In this document: positions 30,052 to 42,199 of the stretch, piece by piece
Layout of the letters: every line of letters starts with the position of its first letter
Position numbering within the stretch: the stretch's first letter is position 1
Made by a program: the position numbers and the translations under genes
Notes under the pieces: generated by a model
The model's database searches: none
What the model saw: only the letters and a program-made list of their open reading frames with translations
Told to the model about the DNA's origin: nothing
Assembly: GCF_036000045.1 (NCBI RefSeq)
Contig: NZ_DASYGF010000060.1
Location: forward strand, 26,804-90,803
Source: Pedococcus sp.
GTDB taxonomy: Bacteria; Actinomycetota; Actinomycetes; Actinomycetales; Dermatophilaceae
DNA: 64,000 bases
Direction of reading: 5' to 3'

Positions 30052-31173
30052 CTAGCTGCGCTGGTAGGGCGCGACCACGACCTCGACCCGCTGGAACTCC
30101 TTGAGGTCGCTGTAGCCGGTCGTGGCCATCGCACGCCGCAGGGCGCCGATGAGGTTGCCCTTGCCGTCCGCCGTGCGGCCGGGACCGAACAGGACCTGCT
30201 CCAGCGGAGCGATCGCGCCGACCTCGACGCGCTCGCCGCGCGGCAGGTCGGGGTGGTGCGCCTCCGGGCCCCAGTGATGACCGCGACCCGGAGCATCGGT
30301 GGCGCGGGCGAGGGCGGCGCCCAGCATCACGGCGTCGGCGCCGCACGCTACGGCCTTGACGATGTCGCCGCTGTCGCCCATGCCTCCGTCGGCGATGACG
30401 TGGACGTAGCGGCCACCCGACTCGTCGAGATAGTCACGCCGGGCGGCAGCGACATCGGCGATGGCGCTGGCCATCGGCGCGTGGATGCCCAGGGTGCGCC
30501 GCGTGGTGTGGGCCGCTCCCCCACCGAAGCCGACCAGGACGCCTGCCGCGCCGGTGCGCATGAGGTGCAGCGCCGCGGTATAGGAGGCGGCGCCGCCGAC
30601 GATCACCGGAACGTCGAGCTCGTAGATGAACCGCTTGAGGTTGAGCGGCTCGGCCCGCCCCGAGACGTGCTCGGCGCTGACCGTCGTGCCGCGGATGACG
30701 AAGAGGTCGACGCCGGCGTCGACCACGGTCTTCCAGAACTGCTGGGTGCGCTGCGGGCTGAGCGCCCCCGCCACCGTCACGCCGGCCTCGCGGACGTGCC
30801 GCAGTCGCTCGGCGATCAGCTCGGGCTGGATCTCGGCGGAGTAGATCTCCTGCATCCGCGCCGTCGCCACGGCCGGGTCGAGCGTGGGGATCTCGGCCAG
30901 CAGGGGCGTCGGGTCCTCGTAGCGTGTCCACAGCCCCTCGAGGTCGAGCACGGGCAGACCGCCCAGCCGGCCGAGGGCGATGGCCGAGTCCGGCGACATG
31001 ACCGAGTCCATCGGCGCCGCGATCACCGGGATGTCGAAGTGGTAGGCGTCGATCTGCCACCCCACCGACACCTCCTCGGGGTCGCGCGTACGCCGCGACG
31101 GGACGACCGCGATGTCGTCGAAGGAGTACGCCCGACGTCCGCGCTTGCCGCGCCCGATCTCGATCTCAGTCAC
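30052..31173 (-). CDS. guaB3: GuaB3-family IMP dehydrogenase-related protein
   Basis: IGRGKRGRRAYSFDDIAVVPSRRTRDPEEV, TTGYSDLKEFQRVE. Confidence 0.92.
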   Translation of the reverse strand: MTEIEIGRGKRGRRAYSFDDIAVVPSRRTRDPEEVSVGWQIDAYHFDIPVIAAPMDSVMSPDSAIALGRLGGLPVLDLEGLWTRYEDPTPLLAEIPTLDPAVATARMQEIYSAEIQPELIAERLRHVREAGVTVAGALSPQRTQQFWKTVVDAGVDLFVIRGTTVSAEHVSGRAEPLNLKRFIYELDVPVIVGGAASYTAALHLMRTGAAGVLVGFGGGAAHTTRRTLGIHAPMASAIADVAAARRDYLDESGGRYVHVIADGGMGDSGDIVKAVACGADAVMLGAALARATDAPGRGHHWGPEAHHPDLPRGERVEVGAIAPLEQVLFGPGRTADGKGNLIGALRRAMATTGYSDLKEFQRVEVVVAPYQRS

Positions 31174-31202
31174 CGGAGGATGCTATCGGGCCGGGCGGAC
31201 GA

Positions 31203-31250
31203 CAGACGTCCCGCCGCCGGGGTGAGGGGGATCCGGCGACGGGACGCCTG
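31203..31250 (-). terminator. 18-bp imperfect hairpin between guaB and guaB3
   Basis: cagacgtcccgccgccgg / ccggcgacgggacgcctg; the two mismatches are G-U pairs on the minus strand. Confidence 0.55.
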
Positions 31251-31381
31251 GGATCGCCGCGACGGTCCAGGCCGTAGCGGCGGGCACAAGGAGACGACCC
31301 CCTGCGCGGCCGCCCCGCCGGCCGTGCTTCAAGGCTAGGCGGCCGGCCCACCGGGCCCTTCACGCAGATGGCGTATGCCGG

Positions 31382-33079
<1,698 letters not shown>

Positions 33080-33137
33080 TCAGCCGAGGGTAGCGTCCCA
33101 GTCGAGCGGCATCGTGCCGCGAGGATGCGAGGACGAC

Positions 33138-33431
33138 ATGGCTGAACTGTCGCGACTCCCCGGGCCGGTGGCGGACCTGTGGGACTGGCAGCTCGAGGGC
33201 TCCTGCCGTCAGGTGAACCCCGAGGTGTTCTTCCACCCCGAGGGAGAGCGCGGGCCGGCTCGACGGTCGCGGGACTCCGAGGCCAAGGAGGTGTGCCTGG
33301 CCTGCCCGGTGCTGCGACAGTGCCGCGAGCACGCCCTGAGCGTCCGTGAGCCCTATGGCGTCTGGGGGGCCATGACCGAGGACGAGCGCGAGGCGTACTA
33401 CGCCGGTCAGGCCGTCCCGGCGGCCAGCTGA
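33138..33431 (+). CDS. whiB3: WhiB-family Fe-S transcription factor (WhiB3/WhiD-like)
   Basis: WDWQLEGSC, FFHPEGERG, CLACPVLRQC, EPYGVWG; divergent from guaB. Confidence 0.85.
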   Translation: MAELSRLPGPVADLWDWQLEGSCRQVNPEVFFHPEGERGPARRSRDSEAKEVCLACPVLRQCREHALSVREPYGVWGAMTEDEREAYYAGQAVPAAS

Positions 33432-33461
33432 ACGAGGCTGGCGCCCGCCTAGACTGCGCGG

Positions 33462-33686
33462 GTGAGCCCTTCCCTCGAGGTACCGATCCGCGACGAGTCG
33501 ATCCGGCTCGGTCAGCTGCTCAAGCTCGCGGGCGTTGTGGACGACGGCGCCATGGCCCGGATGGTCATCGAGAACGGCGAGGTGACCGTCGACGGCGTGG
33601 TGGTGCTGCGCCGAGGCACCCAGGTGCGGCCAGGCCAGAGCGTGACGTATGCCGGCGAGTCGCTGATCGTGGTCGCAGGCAGCTAG
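33462..33686 (+). CDS. S4-domain RNA-binding protein (YaaA/YbcJ-like)
   Basis: IRLGQLLKLAG..G..A...I.NGEVTVDG...RRG.QV. Confidence 0.85.
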   Translation: MSPSLEVPIRDESIRLGQLLKLAGVVDDGAMARMVIENGEVTVDGVVVLRRGTQVRPGQSVTYAGESLIVVAGS

Positions 33687-35140
33687 CCGCGGCCCAATGC
33701 AGAAAGCACCATCTCGTACGAGCCGCGAGACAGCACCAGCTGGTCGGCGAGGTTCCAGTTCACGGCCATCACACCTCTGTTGCCGCAGAGTTCCACCAGG
33801 CTGAGCACCCGTCCGTTCGTCGTCCTGACATGGAGCACCACCCGTCCTCGCACGATCGGTGCGCAGGTCGCCCTCCCACGGCCGGTGACCGAGGAGCCGG
33901 ACCTGGCCAGGTCGGCGTTCAGCAGCGCGACCTCCTCGACGCCGAGCACCCGGCGCGTCACGGGGAGCACCTGGACGGGTAGGTCAGTCGGGTCGGGGAC
34001 CGGGTGGAAGCAGGCCGTGGCCTGGCTGACCGTGGTGCCCTTAGGCAGACCGGCAGCCAGGTCACTGTCCCGGGTGAAGGCCTTGCTGAGCACGGAGGTG
34101 CAGGGCAGGAACGGGTCTGCCGAGGCGGTGCCCCACTGCGCCGACAGCTGGTCGCCCAGGGCGATGAAGTACCGGTCCAGGGCGGGCCAGCCGTTGCACG
34201 CCAGCCGCTGGTTGTCGTACGCCGCCACCCGGCCGTCGAGCCCTTGGACCAGCATCCGGTACGCCACCCCGGAGGGCAGCGCTGCACAGGGTCCGTCGAC
34301 GCCGCGCGGGTCGAAGCGCAGATAGTCCAGCGCTACCGTCCCCGACACCGGGTCGTCGGGCGGTAGCGAGCCCACCCAGGCCGAGGCGTCGCTGCGGTCG
34401 GCACACACCAGCACCTCACGCACGCTCGCACTGAGCGGCCGGGCACCGGACAGCGGCGCCAGCGGCAGGTCCGGTGAGTCCATGGCGCACGACAGGCGAG
34501 GCAGCGCGGGGCCGACGACGTGGTCGCGAAATGCCCCTGACGCGGCCACGCCGCCGGCGGCCAGCACGGCGACCAGGCCTGCCACGCCGGCGGCTCGCAC
34601 CCGACGGGCGCGAACGGCATACCGGCGTGCATCGTCGGCCAGGCCGTCGGTGGCCGGGCTCTCGGGCACCGCCTCCACGAGCGCGTTCCCGAGGTCCAGC
34701 CCCTTGCGGACCGCGGCGCTCCTCGAACGCACGGCCCTGACGGAGCAGTCCAGCACCTCGGCGGCCTGACGCTCGTCGAGGTTCTCGTAGTAGCGCAGCA
34801 CCGCGACGGCACGATGGGCTGGCCTGAGGGCGGCCAAGGCGTTGTGCACGTCGGGCTGCCCGTCGGTGGCGTCCGGCACGGCCGGTGACCGGCGCCTCCA
34901 CCGACCCCGAGGGTGCTCGAGAAAGGTGGCCATCATCGCGCGGCGGACATACGCGTCGTACAGGCCGTCGTCCTGCTCGCTGACGTTACGCCAGTGCGGC
35001 AACGCACGGGCGAGCGCCACCTCCACGAGCTCTCGAGCCCCGCGGGAGTCACCGGTCAGCAGCCACGCCATGCGCAACAGGTGCACTCCCCGCGCCGCGA
35101 CATAGTCGTCGAAGCTGGGGTCGACAGCAGCACGCGCCAT
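33683..35140 (-). CDS. SigE-like ECF sigma factor fused to a TM helix and a Cys-rich extracytoplasmic domain
   Basis: FDDYVAARGVHLLRMAWLLTGD (sigma2), RAVAVLRYYENLDERQAAEVLDCSVRAVRS (sigma4), TM AAGVAGLVAVLAAGGVAA. Start approximate. Confidence 0.75.
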   Translation of the reverse strand: MARAAVDPSFDDYVAARGVHLLRMAWLLTGDSRGARELVEVALARALPHWRNVSEQDDGLYDAYVRRAMMATFLEHPRGRWRRRSPAVPDATDGQPDVHNALAALRPAHRAVAVLRYYENLDERQAAEVLDCSVRAVRSRSAAVRKGLDLGNALVEAVPESPATDGLADDARRYAVRARRVRAAGVAGLVAVLAAGGVAASGAFRDHVVGPALPRLSCAMDSPDLPLAPLSGARPLSASVREVLVCADRSDASAWVGSLPPDDPVSGTVALDYLRFDPRGVDGPCAALPSGVAYRMLVQGLDGRVAAYDNQRLACNGWPALDRYFIALGDQLSAQWGTASADPFLPCTSVLSKAFTRDSDLAAGLPKGTTVSQATACFHPVPDPTDLPVQVLPVTRRVLGVEEVALLNADLARSGSSVTGRGRATCAPIVRGRVVLHVRTTNGRVLSLVELCGNRGVMAVNWNLADQLVLSRGSYEMVLSALGRG

Positions 35141-35275
35141 CTGCACCACCTCGCCCATGCCGGGCACGCCGACCGACCTCGCTCGGCGGTCCCCTCCCAG
35201 GGTGACACCCCGCCGCGCCCGCGCCTACCCCTCCCCCGTAGGCGAACCCCCTGCAGGGACGACCGCGGCATGGCG

Positions 35276-35309
35276 AAGGCCCGCCCCCGCAACAGCGGGG
35301 ACGGGCCTT
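35276..35309 (-). terminator. groEL terminator hairpin
   Basis: aaggcccgcccccgc-aaca-gcggggacgggcctt, a 15-bp stem. Confidence 0.7.
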
Positions 35310-35351
35310 GGCGACAGGAGCGGGTATGCCGCGTCCTGACCTCGGTGACGC

Positions 35352-37025
<1,674 letters not shown>

Positions 37026-37053
37026 CTAGCAATGAGTTTGCGGGGTGGAGGCA

Positions 37054-37093
37054 ACGTGCCCCGTATGCCGGTCAGCCGGCATACGGGGCACGT
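37054..37093. terminator. Perfect 18-bp inverted repeat between groES and groEL, containing an inverted CGGCATAC pair
   Basis: acgtgccccgtatgccgg-tcag-ccggcatacggggcacgt. Confidence 0.65.
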
Positions 37094-37113
37094 CACTCAC
37101 ATGGTGCGAATGC

Positions 37114-37407
37114 TCAGCCGACGACGGCGAGGATGTCGCGAGCGGAGAGGATGAGGTACTCCTCGCCGCCGTGCTTGATCTCGGTGCCGCCGTACTTGCT
37201 GTAGATCACGCGGTCGCCGACCTTGACGTCGAGCGGGACGCGGTTGCCGTTGTCGTCGATGCGGCCAGGGCCGATCGCGAGGACCTCGCCCTCCTGGGGC
37301 TTCTCCTTCGCGGTGTCCGGGATGACCAGGCCAGACGCGGTGGTCTGCTCGGCCTCGACGGACTTGACGACGATGCGGTCTTCGAGCGGCTTGATGGAAA
37401 CCGACAC
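37114..37407 (-). CDS. groES: Co-chaperonin GroES
   Basis: [37 protein letters not shown]; GTG start after a GGAGG RBS. Confidence 0.97.
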   Translation of the reverse strand: MSVSIKPLEDRIVVKSVEAEQTTASGLVIPDTAKEKPQEGEVLAIGPGRIDDNGNRVPLDVKVGDRVIYSKYGGTEIKHGGEEYLILSARDILAVVG

Positions 37408-37523
37408 GGTGAGGACCTCCCCTTCGGGAATGTCGAAAGTTGGACAGGTGGATGGTGCGGTGCTGCGGTACTGCCGAGCCGCCTCGCCCGGGCCGCCGTC
37501 GCGGGGGTCGACCTGGTGGGGCG

Positions 37524-37550
37524 TTAGCACTCGGCGAACCGGAGTGCCAA
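37524..37550. promoter_or_regulatory. CIRCE operator (HrcA site) 1
   Basis: TTAGCACTC-N9-GAGTGCCAA upstream of groES. Confidence 0.95.
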
Positions 37551-37570
37551 CCGCAAATCTAGGCTCGCTG

Positions 37571-37597
37571 TTAGCACTCGGTCAACTCGAGTGCCAG
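37571..37597. promoter_or_regulatory. CIRCE operator (HrcA site) 2
   Basis: TTAGCACTC-N9-GAGTGCCAG. Confidence 0.93.
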
Positions 37598-37657
37598 AGT
37601 GTGTCGCGGCGTTCGCCGTGGGCGGACACCGGTGGCACATGCGACACAATGCGGCGC

Positions 37658-38884
37658 ATGGATCTCGCCCTGCTGCGCCAGCTCACGACAGGCGAGGGCT
37701 GGGGGCTCCTGCAGTCGCTGCCACCGTACGACGAGGGGCAGGCGATGGCTCTGCAGCAGCGGCTGCGCGAAGCCGGGTTCGACGCGGAGCTGGTGGCCGC
37801 GGCCCTGAACCAGTCCCGCCTGCGAGCCCGGGCCGTCGACAAGTTCGGTGAGTTCGCCCGGGGCATGGTCCTCACCTCCGACGGGCTCGAGCAGGCCACC
37901 CGCCTGTCCGTCGCGGCGCAGCACGCCCAGCGCTTCCGTGCTGCCGGCATCCACACCGTGTACGACCTGGGCTGCGGGATCGGGGCCGACGCCATGGCGA
38001 TGGCCGGGCTGGACCTGCGGGTCCGCGCCATCGACGCCGACGAGGTCACCGCGGCGATCGCCGCCGTCAACCTCAGGCACTGGCCCGACTCCACCGCGGG
38101 CCACGGCAGCGTCGAGGAGTTCACGGCACCTGCTGGCGGTGGAGCGCGCGGCGTCGGCGCCTGGCTCGACCCGGCCCGCCGGACCCCGGGTGTGGCGGAC
38201 GTCGCCGGACGCACCCGTCGCCTCTTCAGCCTGGCCGACATCTCACCGTCGTGGGACACCGTGCAGGCGGTGGCCCGGGCGTTGCCCGCCACCGGGGCCA
38301 AGCTCAGCCCCGGCCTGCCCCACGCGGCAGTGCCCGCCGGCGCCGAGGCGCAGTGGACGTCGTGGGACGGCGAGGTGGTCGAGTGCGCCGTCTGGTGGGG
38401 TCCCCTGGTGCGGCACGCCGGTCGCACTGCAGCCGTACTGCGCCACGGGTCCCCGGCCGTCATCGTGACGGCGGGAGCGCAGGAGCCTGCCACCCTCGGC
38501 AACCTCGCCGAGGTAGGGCCGTGGCTCTACGACCCCGACCGTGCCGTGCTGCGGGCGGGGCTGGTGTCAGCCCTGACCGACGCGACCGGCGGGGTCGAGC
38601 TGGACACCGGCGTCGGCTACGTCACCTCGACCCGAGCGGTGGACGTGCCCTTCGCGCGCCGGTATGCCGTGGTCGAGGCGATGCCGTTCAACGTCAAGGC
38701 CCTGCGGGGGTGGCTGCGGGACCGCGGCATCGACCGGCTCACGATCAAGAAGCGGGGGGTCAGCGTGGACGCAGACCTGTTGCGTCGCCAGCTGCGGCTG
38801 CCACCCAAGGGCCGGACCGAGGCGACGGTGGTGCTCACTCGTGTCCGCAGCAACCAGGTCGCCCTTGTGGTCCGACCGGCCTGA
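37658..38884 (+). CDS. Class I SAM-dependent methyltransferase with THUMP-like C-terminus
   Basis: GLEQATR, YDLGCGIGAD, DPARR, LTIKKRG. Confidence 0.82.
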   Translation: MDLALLRQLTTGEGWGLLQSLPPYDEGQAMALQQRLREAGFDAELVAAALNQSRLRARAVDKFGEFARGMVLTSDGLEQATRLSVAAQHAQRFRAAGIHTVYDLGCGIGADAMAMAGLDLRVRAIDADEVTAAIAAVNLRHWPDSTAGHGSVEEFTAPAGGGARGVGAWLDPARRTPGVADVAGRTRRLFSLADISPSWDTVQAVARALPATGAKLSPGLPHAAVPAGAEAQWTSWDGEVVECAVWWGPLVRHAGRTAAVLRHGSPAVIVTAGAQEPATLGNLAEVGPWLYDPDRAVLRAGLVSALTDATGGVELDTGVGYVTSTRAVDVPFARRYAVVEAMPFNVKALRGWLRDRGIDRLTIKKRGVSVDADLLRRQLRLPPKGRTEATVVLTRVRSNQVALVVRPA

Positions 38885-39145
38885 GCTCGGCGCCCCAGGC
38901 GCCGTGGAGTGGATGACCAGCACGAGACACCCCAGGACCTCGAGGAGCCGGCGACCCACGCCGGCACAACCCGAGGAGGTGCGGTCGTGACATCGCGCCG
39001 CACGGCTCCAGCCAAGGTCGCCAGCTCGCCGAACGAGAGGCATGAGTCCCCGATCGGCTCGTAGCCTGTTCACCATGGATGACGTGGCGGTCAGCCAGGC
39101 TGACCGTCCTGACCCGGAGGTGACGAGGATGAGTCCCACGATCGC

Positions 39146-39250
39146 AGTCTGGTGATCCAGGCGGCCGACGAGGGCGCCAAGACCGGCTGCCTCGTGAGTC
39201 AGGCCCTCGCTGCAGTCCCCATCACCCTGACGGTAACGCTGCAGAGCTAG
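39146..39250 (+). pseudogene. 3' remnant of an OsmC-family peroxiredoxin gene
   Basis: Frame reads SLVIQAADEGAKTGCLVSQALAAVPITLTVTLQS*, like the OsmC C-terminus (AKxxCPVSQAL...ITL). In-frame stop at 39110; no N-terminal half seen. Confidence 0.55.
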
Positions 39251-39908
39251 CCGACCGAGGCCCGGATGGCGCATCAGCCATCAGGGCAGCCCGCAGCAGT
39301 CGGTCGACGAGGTCGATGTAGTCGCGAGCCGGCCAGCCGGCCCGGTCGAGGAGCGGCTCGGGCAGGTGGCCCGACACGGCGAGCATGATGTCGCGTGCCT
39401 GTTCCACCGAGACCCCGGGCCGCAGCTCCCCCGTCGCAGCAAGCAGTCGCGCGTTGTGGGCCATCCGGGCGTTGCGGGACTCCTCGATCCGTTGGTAGAG
39501 GTCGCCGACCGCTGGGTCGACGACGGCGAGGGACCTGATGAGCGCGAAGAGGCGGCTGCTCTCGCCGGCAACCTCGGCGGACAGCCGCGCCCAGGTGGCG
39601 ATCATCGTTCGCGCATCACTGTCACCAGCCGCAGCATCGGCTCGCCGCTCGGCCGACTGCTCCCCGCGCCCTTCCAGGGCGCGCCACCAGGCCGCCTCCA
39701 GCAGCCCCACCTTGCCCCCGAAGCCCTTGTAGATGGTGTCGACCGACACCTCGGCGTCCGCCGCCACGGCCGCGACGGTCGTCGCGGCATACCCGTCGCT
39801 GAGGAAGCGAGCGCGAGCCGCCGCGATGATGCGAGCCCTGCGTGCGGCTGCTCGTTCGCGTCGCCCGGTCGCGTCATACGTGCGGCCCTTGACGTGCGGT
39901 GTCGACAA
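39222..39908 (-). CDS. TetR/AcrR family transcriptional regulator
   Basis: IIAAARARFLSDGYAATTVAAVAADAEVSVDTIYKGFGGKVGLL; TTG start after AAGGAGG. Confidence 0.88.
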   Translation of the reverse strand: MSTPHVKGRTYDATGRRERAAARRARIIAAARARFLSDGYAATTVAAVAADAEVSVDTIYKGFGGKVGLLEAAWWRALEGRGEQSAERRADAAAGDSDARTMIATWARLSAEVAGESSRLFALIRSLAVVDPAVGDLYQRIEESRNARMAHNARLLAATGELRPGVSVEQARDIMLAVSGHLPEPLLDRAGWPARDYIDLVDRLLRAALMADAPSGPRSASSAALPSG

Positions 39909-39929
39909 GCGGATCATCCTCCTTATCCA

Positions 39930-39945
39930 TTCCAGTGTACTGGAA
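39930..39945. promoter_or_regulatory. Palindromic operator, likely for the adjacent TetR
   Basis: TTCCAGT-GT-ACTGGAA in the short divergent gap between tetR and the SnoaL gene. Confidence 0.7.
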
Positions 39946-39961
39946 CCAAATAGGAGTCGCT

Positions 39962-40393
39962 ATGACTGACTCACCCGCCACACCCTCAGAGGCGGTCGCC
40001 CGGCTCTTCGACCGGACCAACGCTCACGACCTGGACGGTCTCGTGGCCTGCTTCGCAGCGGACTACACCTTGACCAACCCAGCCCACCCCGCTCGCGACT
40101 TCGTCGGCACCGACCAGGTGCGCCGCAACTGGAACGGGCTGTTCGCTGGCGTCCCTGACCTGGTCGTCACGGTCCACCGCCTTGTCGCCGCCGGCGAGCA
40201 CGTGTGGGTGGAGCTGGCCATGGACGGCACGCGAAGGGACGGCACACCTCTGCGTATGGCGGGGGTTCAGATCTTCACCGTCCGCGGCGGGCTCGTGCGA
40301 GGTTGCCGGTTCTACCTCGAGCCCGTCGACCCGGTCGCCGCGGCCGCCCTCGACGCTGACGGCGCCGTCCGGCAGGCGGTCAGCCAGCCATGA
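39962..40393 (+). CDS. SnoaL-like / NTF2-fold protein
   Basis: NAHDLDGLVACFAADY, PAHPARDFVG.DQVRRNW..LFAGVPDL, FYLEPV; AGGAG RBS. Confidence 0.82.
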   Translation: MTDSPATPSEAVARLFDRTNAHDLDGLVACFAADYTLTNPAHPARDFVGTDQVRRNWNGLFAGVPDLVVTVHRLVAAGEHVWVELAMDGTRRDGTPLRMAGVQIFTVRGGLVRGCRFYLEPVDPVAAAALDADGAVRQAVSQP

Positions 40394-41250
40394 TCGCTGT
40401 CGTGGGCGGGACCGGACGCCTCGGCACACAGGTCTCCGCGATGCTCGCCCGCAAGGGCGAGTCGGTCCGGGTCGTCTCCAGGTACGCCGACCCCAGCGCA
40501 CGAGACAGCGACCCTGCGTTGGCCGGCGCAGAGCTGATGGCCGCCGACGTGGCCGATGCCGGTCAGGCCCGGGCGGCCGTCTCAGGTGCCTCCCACGTCG
40601 TCGCGGCGCTCACCGGCATGGACCCCCGACGCGGTGCCGGGCCGCGGGCAGTGGACCGCGACGCGGCCATCGCTCTCATCGATGCCGCCGACGAGGCCGG
40701 CTGCCACCTCGTGCTGGTGTCCATCGTGGGCGCGGCTGCTGACAGCCCGATCGAGCTGTTCCGGATGAAGGCCGCTGCGGAGTCGCACCTCCGGGCGACC
40801 CACACGCCATGGACCATCGTGCGGGCCACCGCCTTTGCCGAGCTCTGGACCGAGGTCGTCACCGGGTCGGCGGGGCGAGACGGACGCGCCCGACTGCTGG
40901 GTCCGGCCCGCAGCCCGATGAACTTCGTCCGCGTCGCCGACGTGGCACGAGCGGTGGTGCGAGCGACTGAGGACGACGCCCTCATCGGCCACTGCGTCGA
41001 GGTCGGTGGGACAGAGAACCTGTCACTCACCGAGTTCGCGGCACGGCTCACCGGACGCCCACCACGGCACCTGCCCCACCCCCTCGTTCGGGCCATCGGC
41101 CGGGTGGCCGAGCCGCTTGCTCCGGGGATCGCGCGAATCGCCCAGCAGGCGACAGCGATGGACACGGTGGACCTGACCTTCGACCCCGGGCCGGCTCGGG
41201 CGACCTACCCGTGGCTCACCACGACGTCGCTGGCGCTGCCCGCTGCGTGA
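40390..41250 (+). CDS. NAD(P)-binding atypical SDR (NmrA-like)
   Basis: VVGGTGRLG, WTIVRATAFAE, FVRVADVA. Confidence 0.82.
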   Translation: MIAVVGGTGRLGTQVSAMLARKGESVRVVSRYADPSARDSDPALAGAELMAADVADAGQARAAVSGASHVVAALTGMDPRRGAGPRAVDRDAAIALIDAADEAGCHLVLVSIVGAAADSPIELFRMKAAAESHLRATHTPWTIVRATAFAELWTEVVTGSAGRDGRARLLGPARSPMNFVRVADVARAVVRATEDDALIGHCVEVGGTENLSLTEFAARLTGRPPRHLPHPLVRAIGRVAEPLAPGIARIAQQATAMDTVDLTFDPGPARATYPWLTTTSLALPAA

Positions 41251-41362
41251 GATGGGGTGACCCGCCACGGCTGAGCCTCGGTCACCCAGGCCGCCTACCC
41301 TTCCGGCACCCTGTACCCGCACCGCCATCTCCTCGTGCGGATGGCTGGTGACTCAGTCGGGG

Positions 41363-42199
41363 TCACGGAGAGCGCATCAGCAACGCGTCCGGCTGGGCTC
41401 CTGGGTAACGCACTGCCGCAGCTCCGGCCCGGCCTGCCCTGGTGACGGCCTCGGCTCGGTCGGCCCCGGCAGCGAGCGCGGCCGCCAGCGCTCCGCAGAA
41501 GGCGTCGCCGGCGCCTGTGGTGTCCACGACCTCCTCGGGGGGCACCGCTACCGCGTCGAACCGCTCCCCGTCCCACTGGCAGCCGGCGGCGCCGAAGGTC
41601 ACGAGCACCGAGCCCGGCATGACGCCCGAGTCCGCAAGCAGAAGCGCCTCGTGCTCGTTGACCACCAACGGGTCCGCGAGAGCCGCGACATCGGGCGGGA
41701 GGGCGGCATACGGGGCGGCGTTGACCACCACTCTCGCGCCCCGCGCGTGCGCGGCCCGCACGGTCTGGGCGACGGTCGTCAAGGGCACCTCGAGCTGGAG
41801 CAGCACGACGTCACCCGTCCCCACGCTGGAGAGGTCGGGTGGTGAGACCTCGGCGTTGGCCCCAGGGATCACCACGATGGCGTTCTCACCATCCGCATCC
41901 ACGGTGACCCAGGCCTGTCCGGTCACGGCTCCAGCGCGCGTCTGTACGCCGGATACGTCGATGCCCCGGGCCGCCAAGCGGCTCAGGTAGGCCCGGCCCC
42001 CCTCGTCGTCCCCCACCGCGCCGACCATGACCACGTGCGCTCCCGCAGCCGCCGCGGCAACGGCCTGGTTGCCCCCCTTGCCGCCGGCATACCGGCGGGG
42101 TTGCCCCTGCGCGAGCACTGTTGCACCGGGTCCCGCGTGGCGCTCGACCTGCACCACGAGGTCGAGGTTGAGCGAGCCCACCACGACGACCCGACCCAT
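41363..42199 (-). CDS. rbsK: Ribokinase (PfkB family)
   Basis: VVGSLNLD, GGKGGNQA, VNEHE, DTTGAGDAF. Start at ATG 42199. Confidence 0.85.
   Translation of the reverse strand: MGRVVVVGSLNLDLVVQVERHAGPGATVLAQGQPRRYAGGKGGNQAVAAAAAGAHVVMVGAVGDDEGGRAYLSRLAARGIDVSGVQTRAGAVTGQAWVTVDADGENAIVVIPGANAEVSPPDLSSVGTGDVVLLQLEVPLTTVAQTVRAAHARGARVVVNAAPYAALPPDVAALADPLVVNEHEALLLADSGVMPGSVLVTFGAAGCQWDGERFDAVAVPPEEVVDTTGAGDAFCGALAAALAAGADRAEAVTRAGRAGAAAVRYPGAQPDALLMRSP

Noticed and set aside
39060-39222. Minus-strand HEAAGLGALVGRL, superficially like an IS110 transposase N-terminus
   Set aside because: No catalytic motifs or element ends; better explained as the antisense of the osmC remnant.
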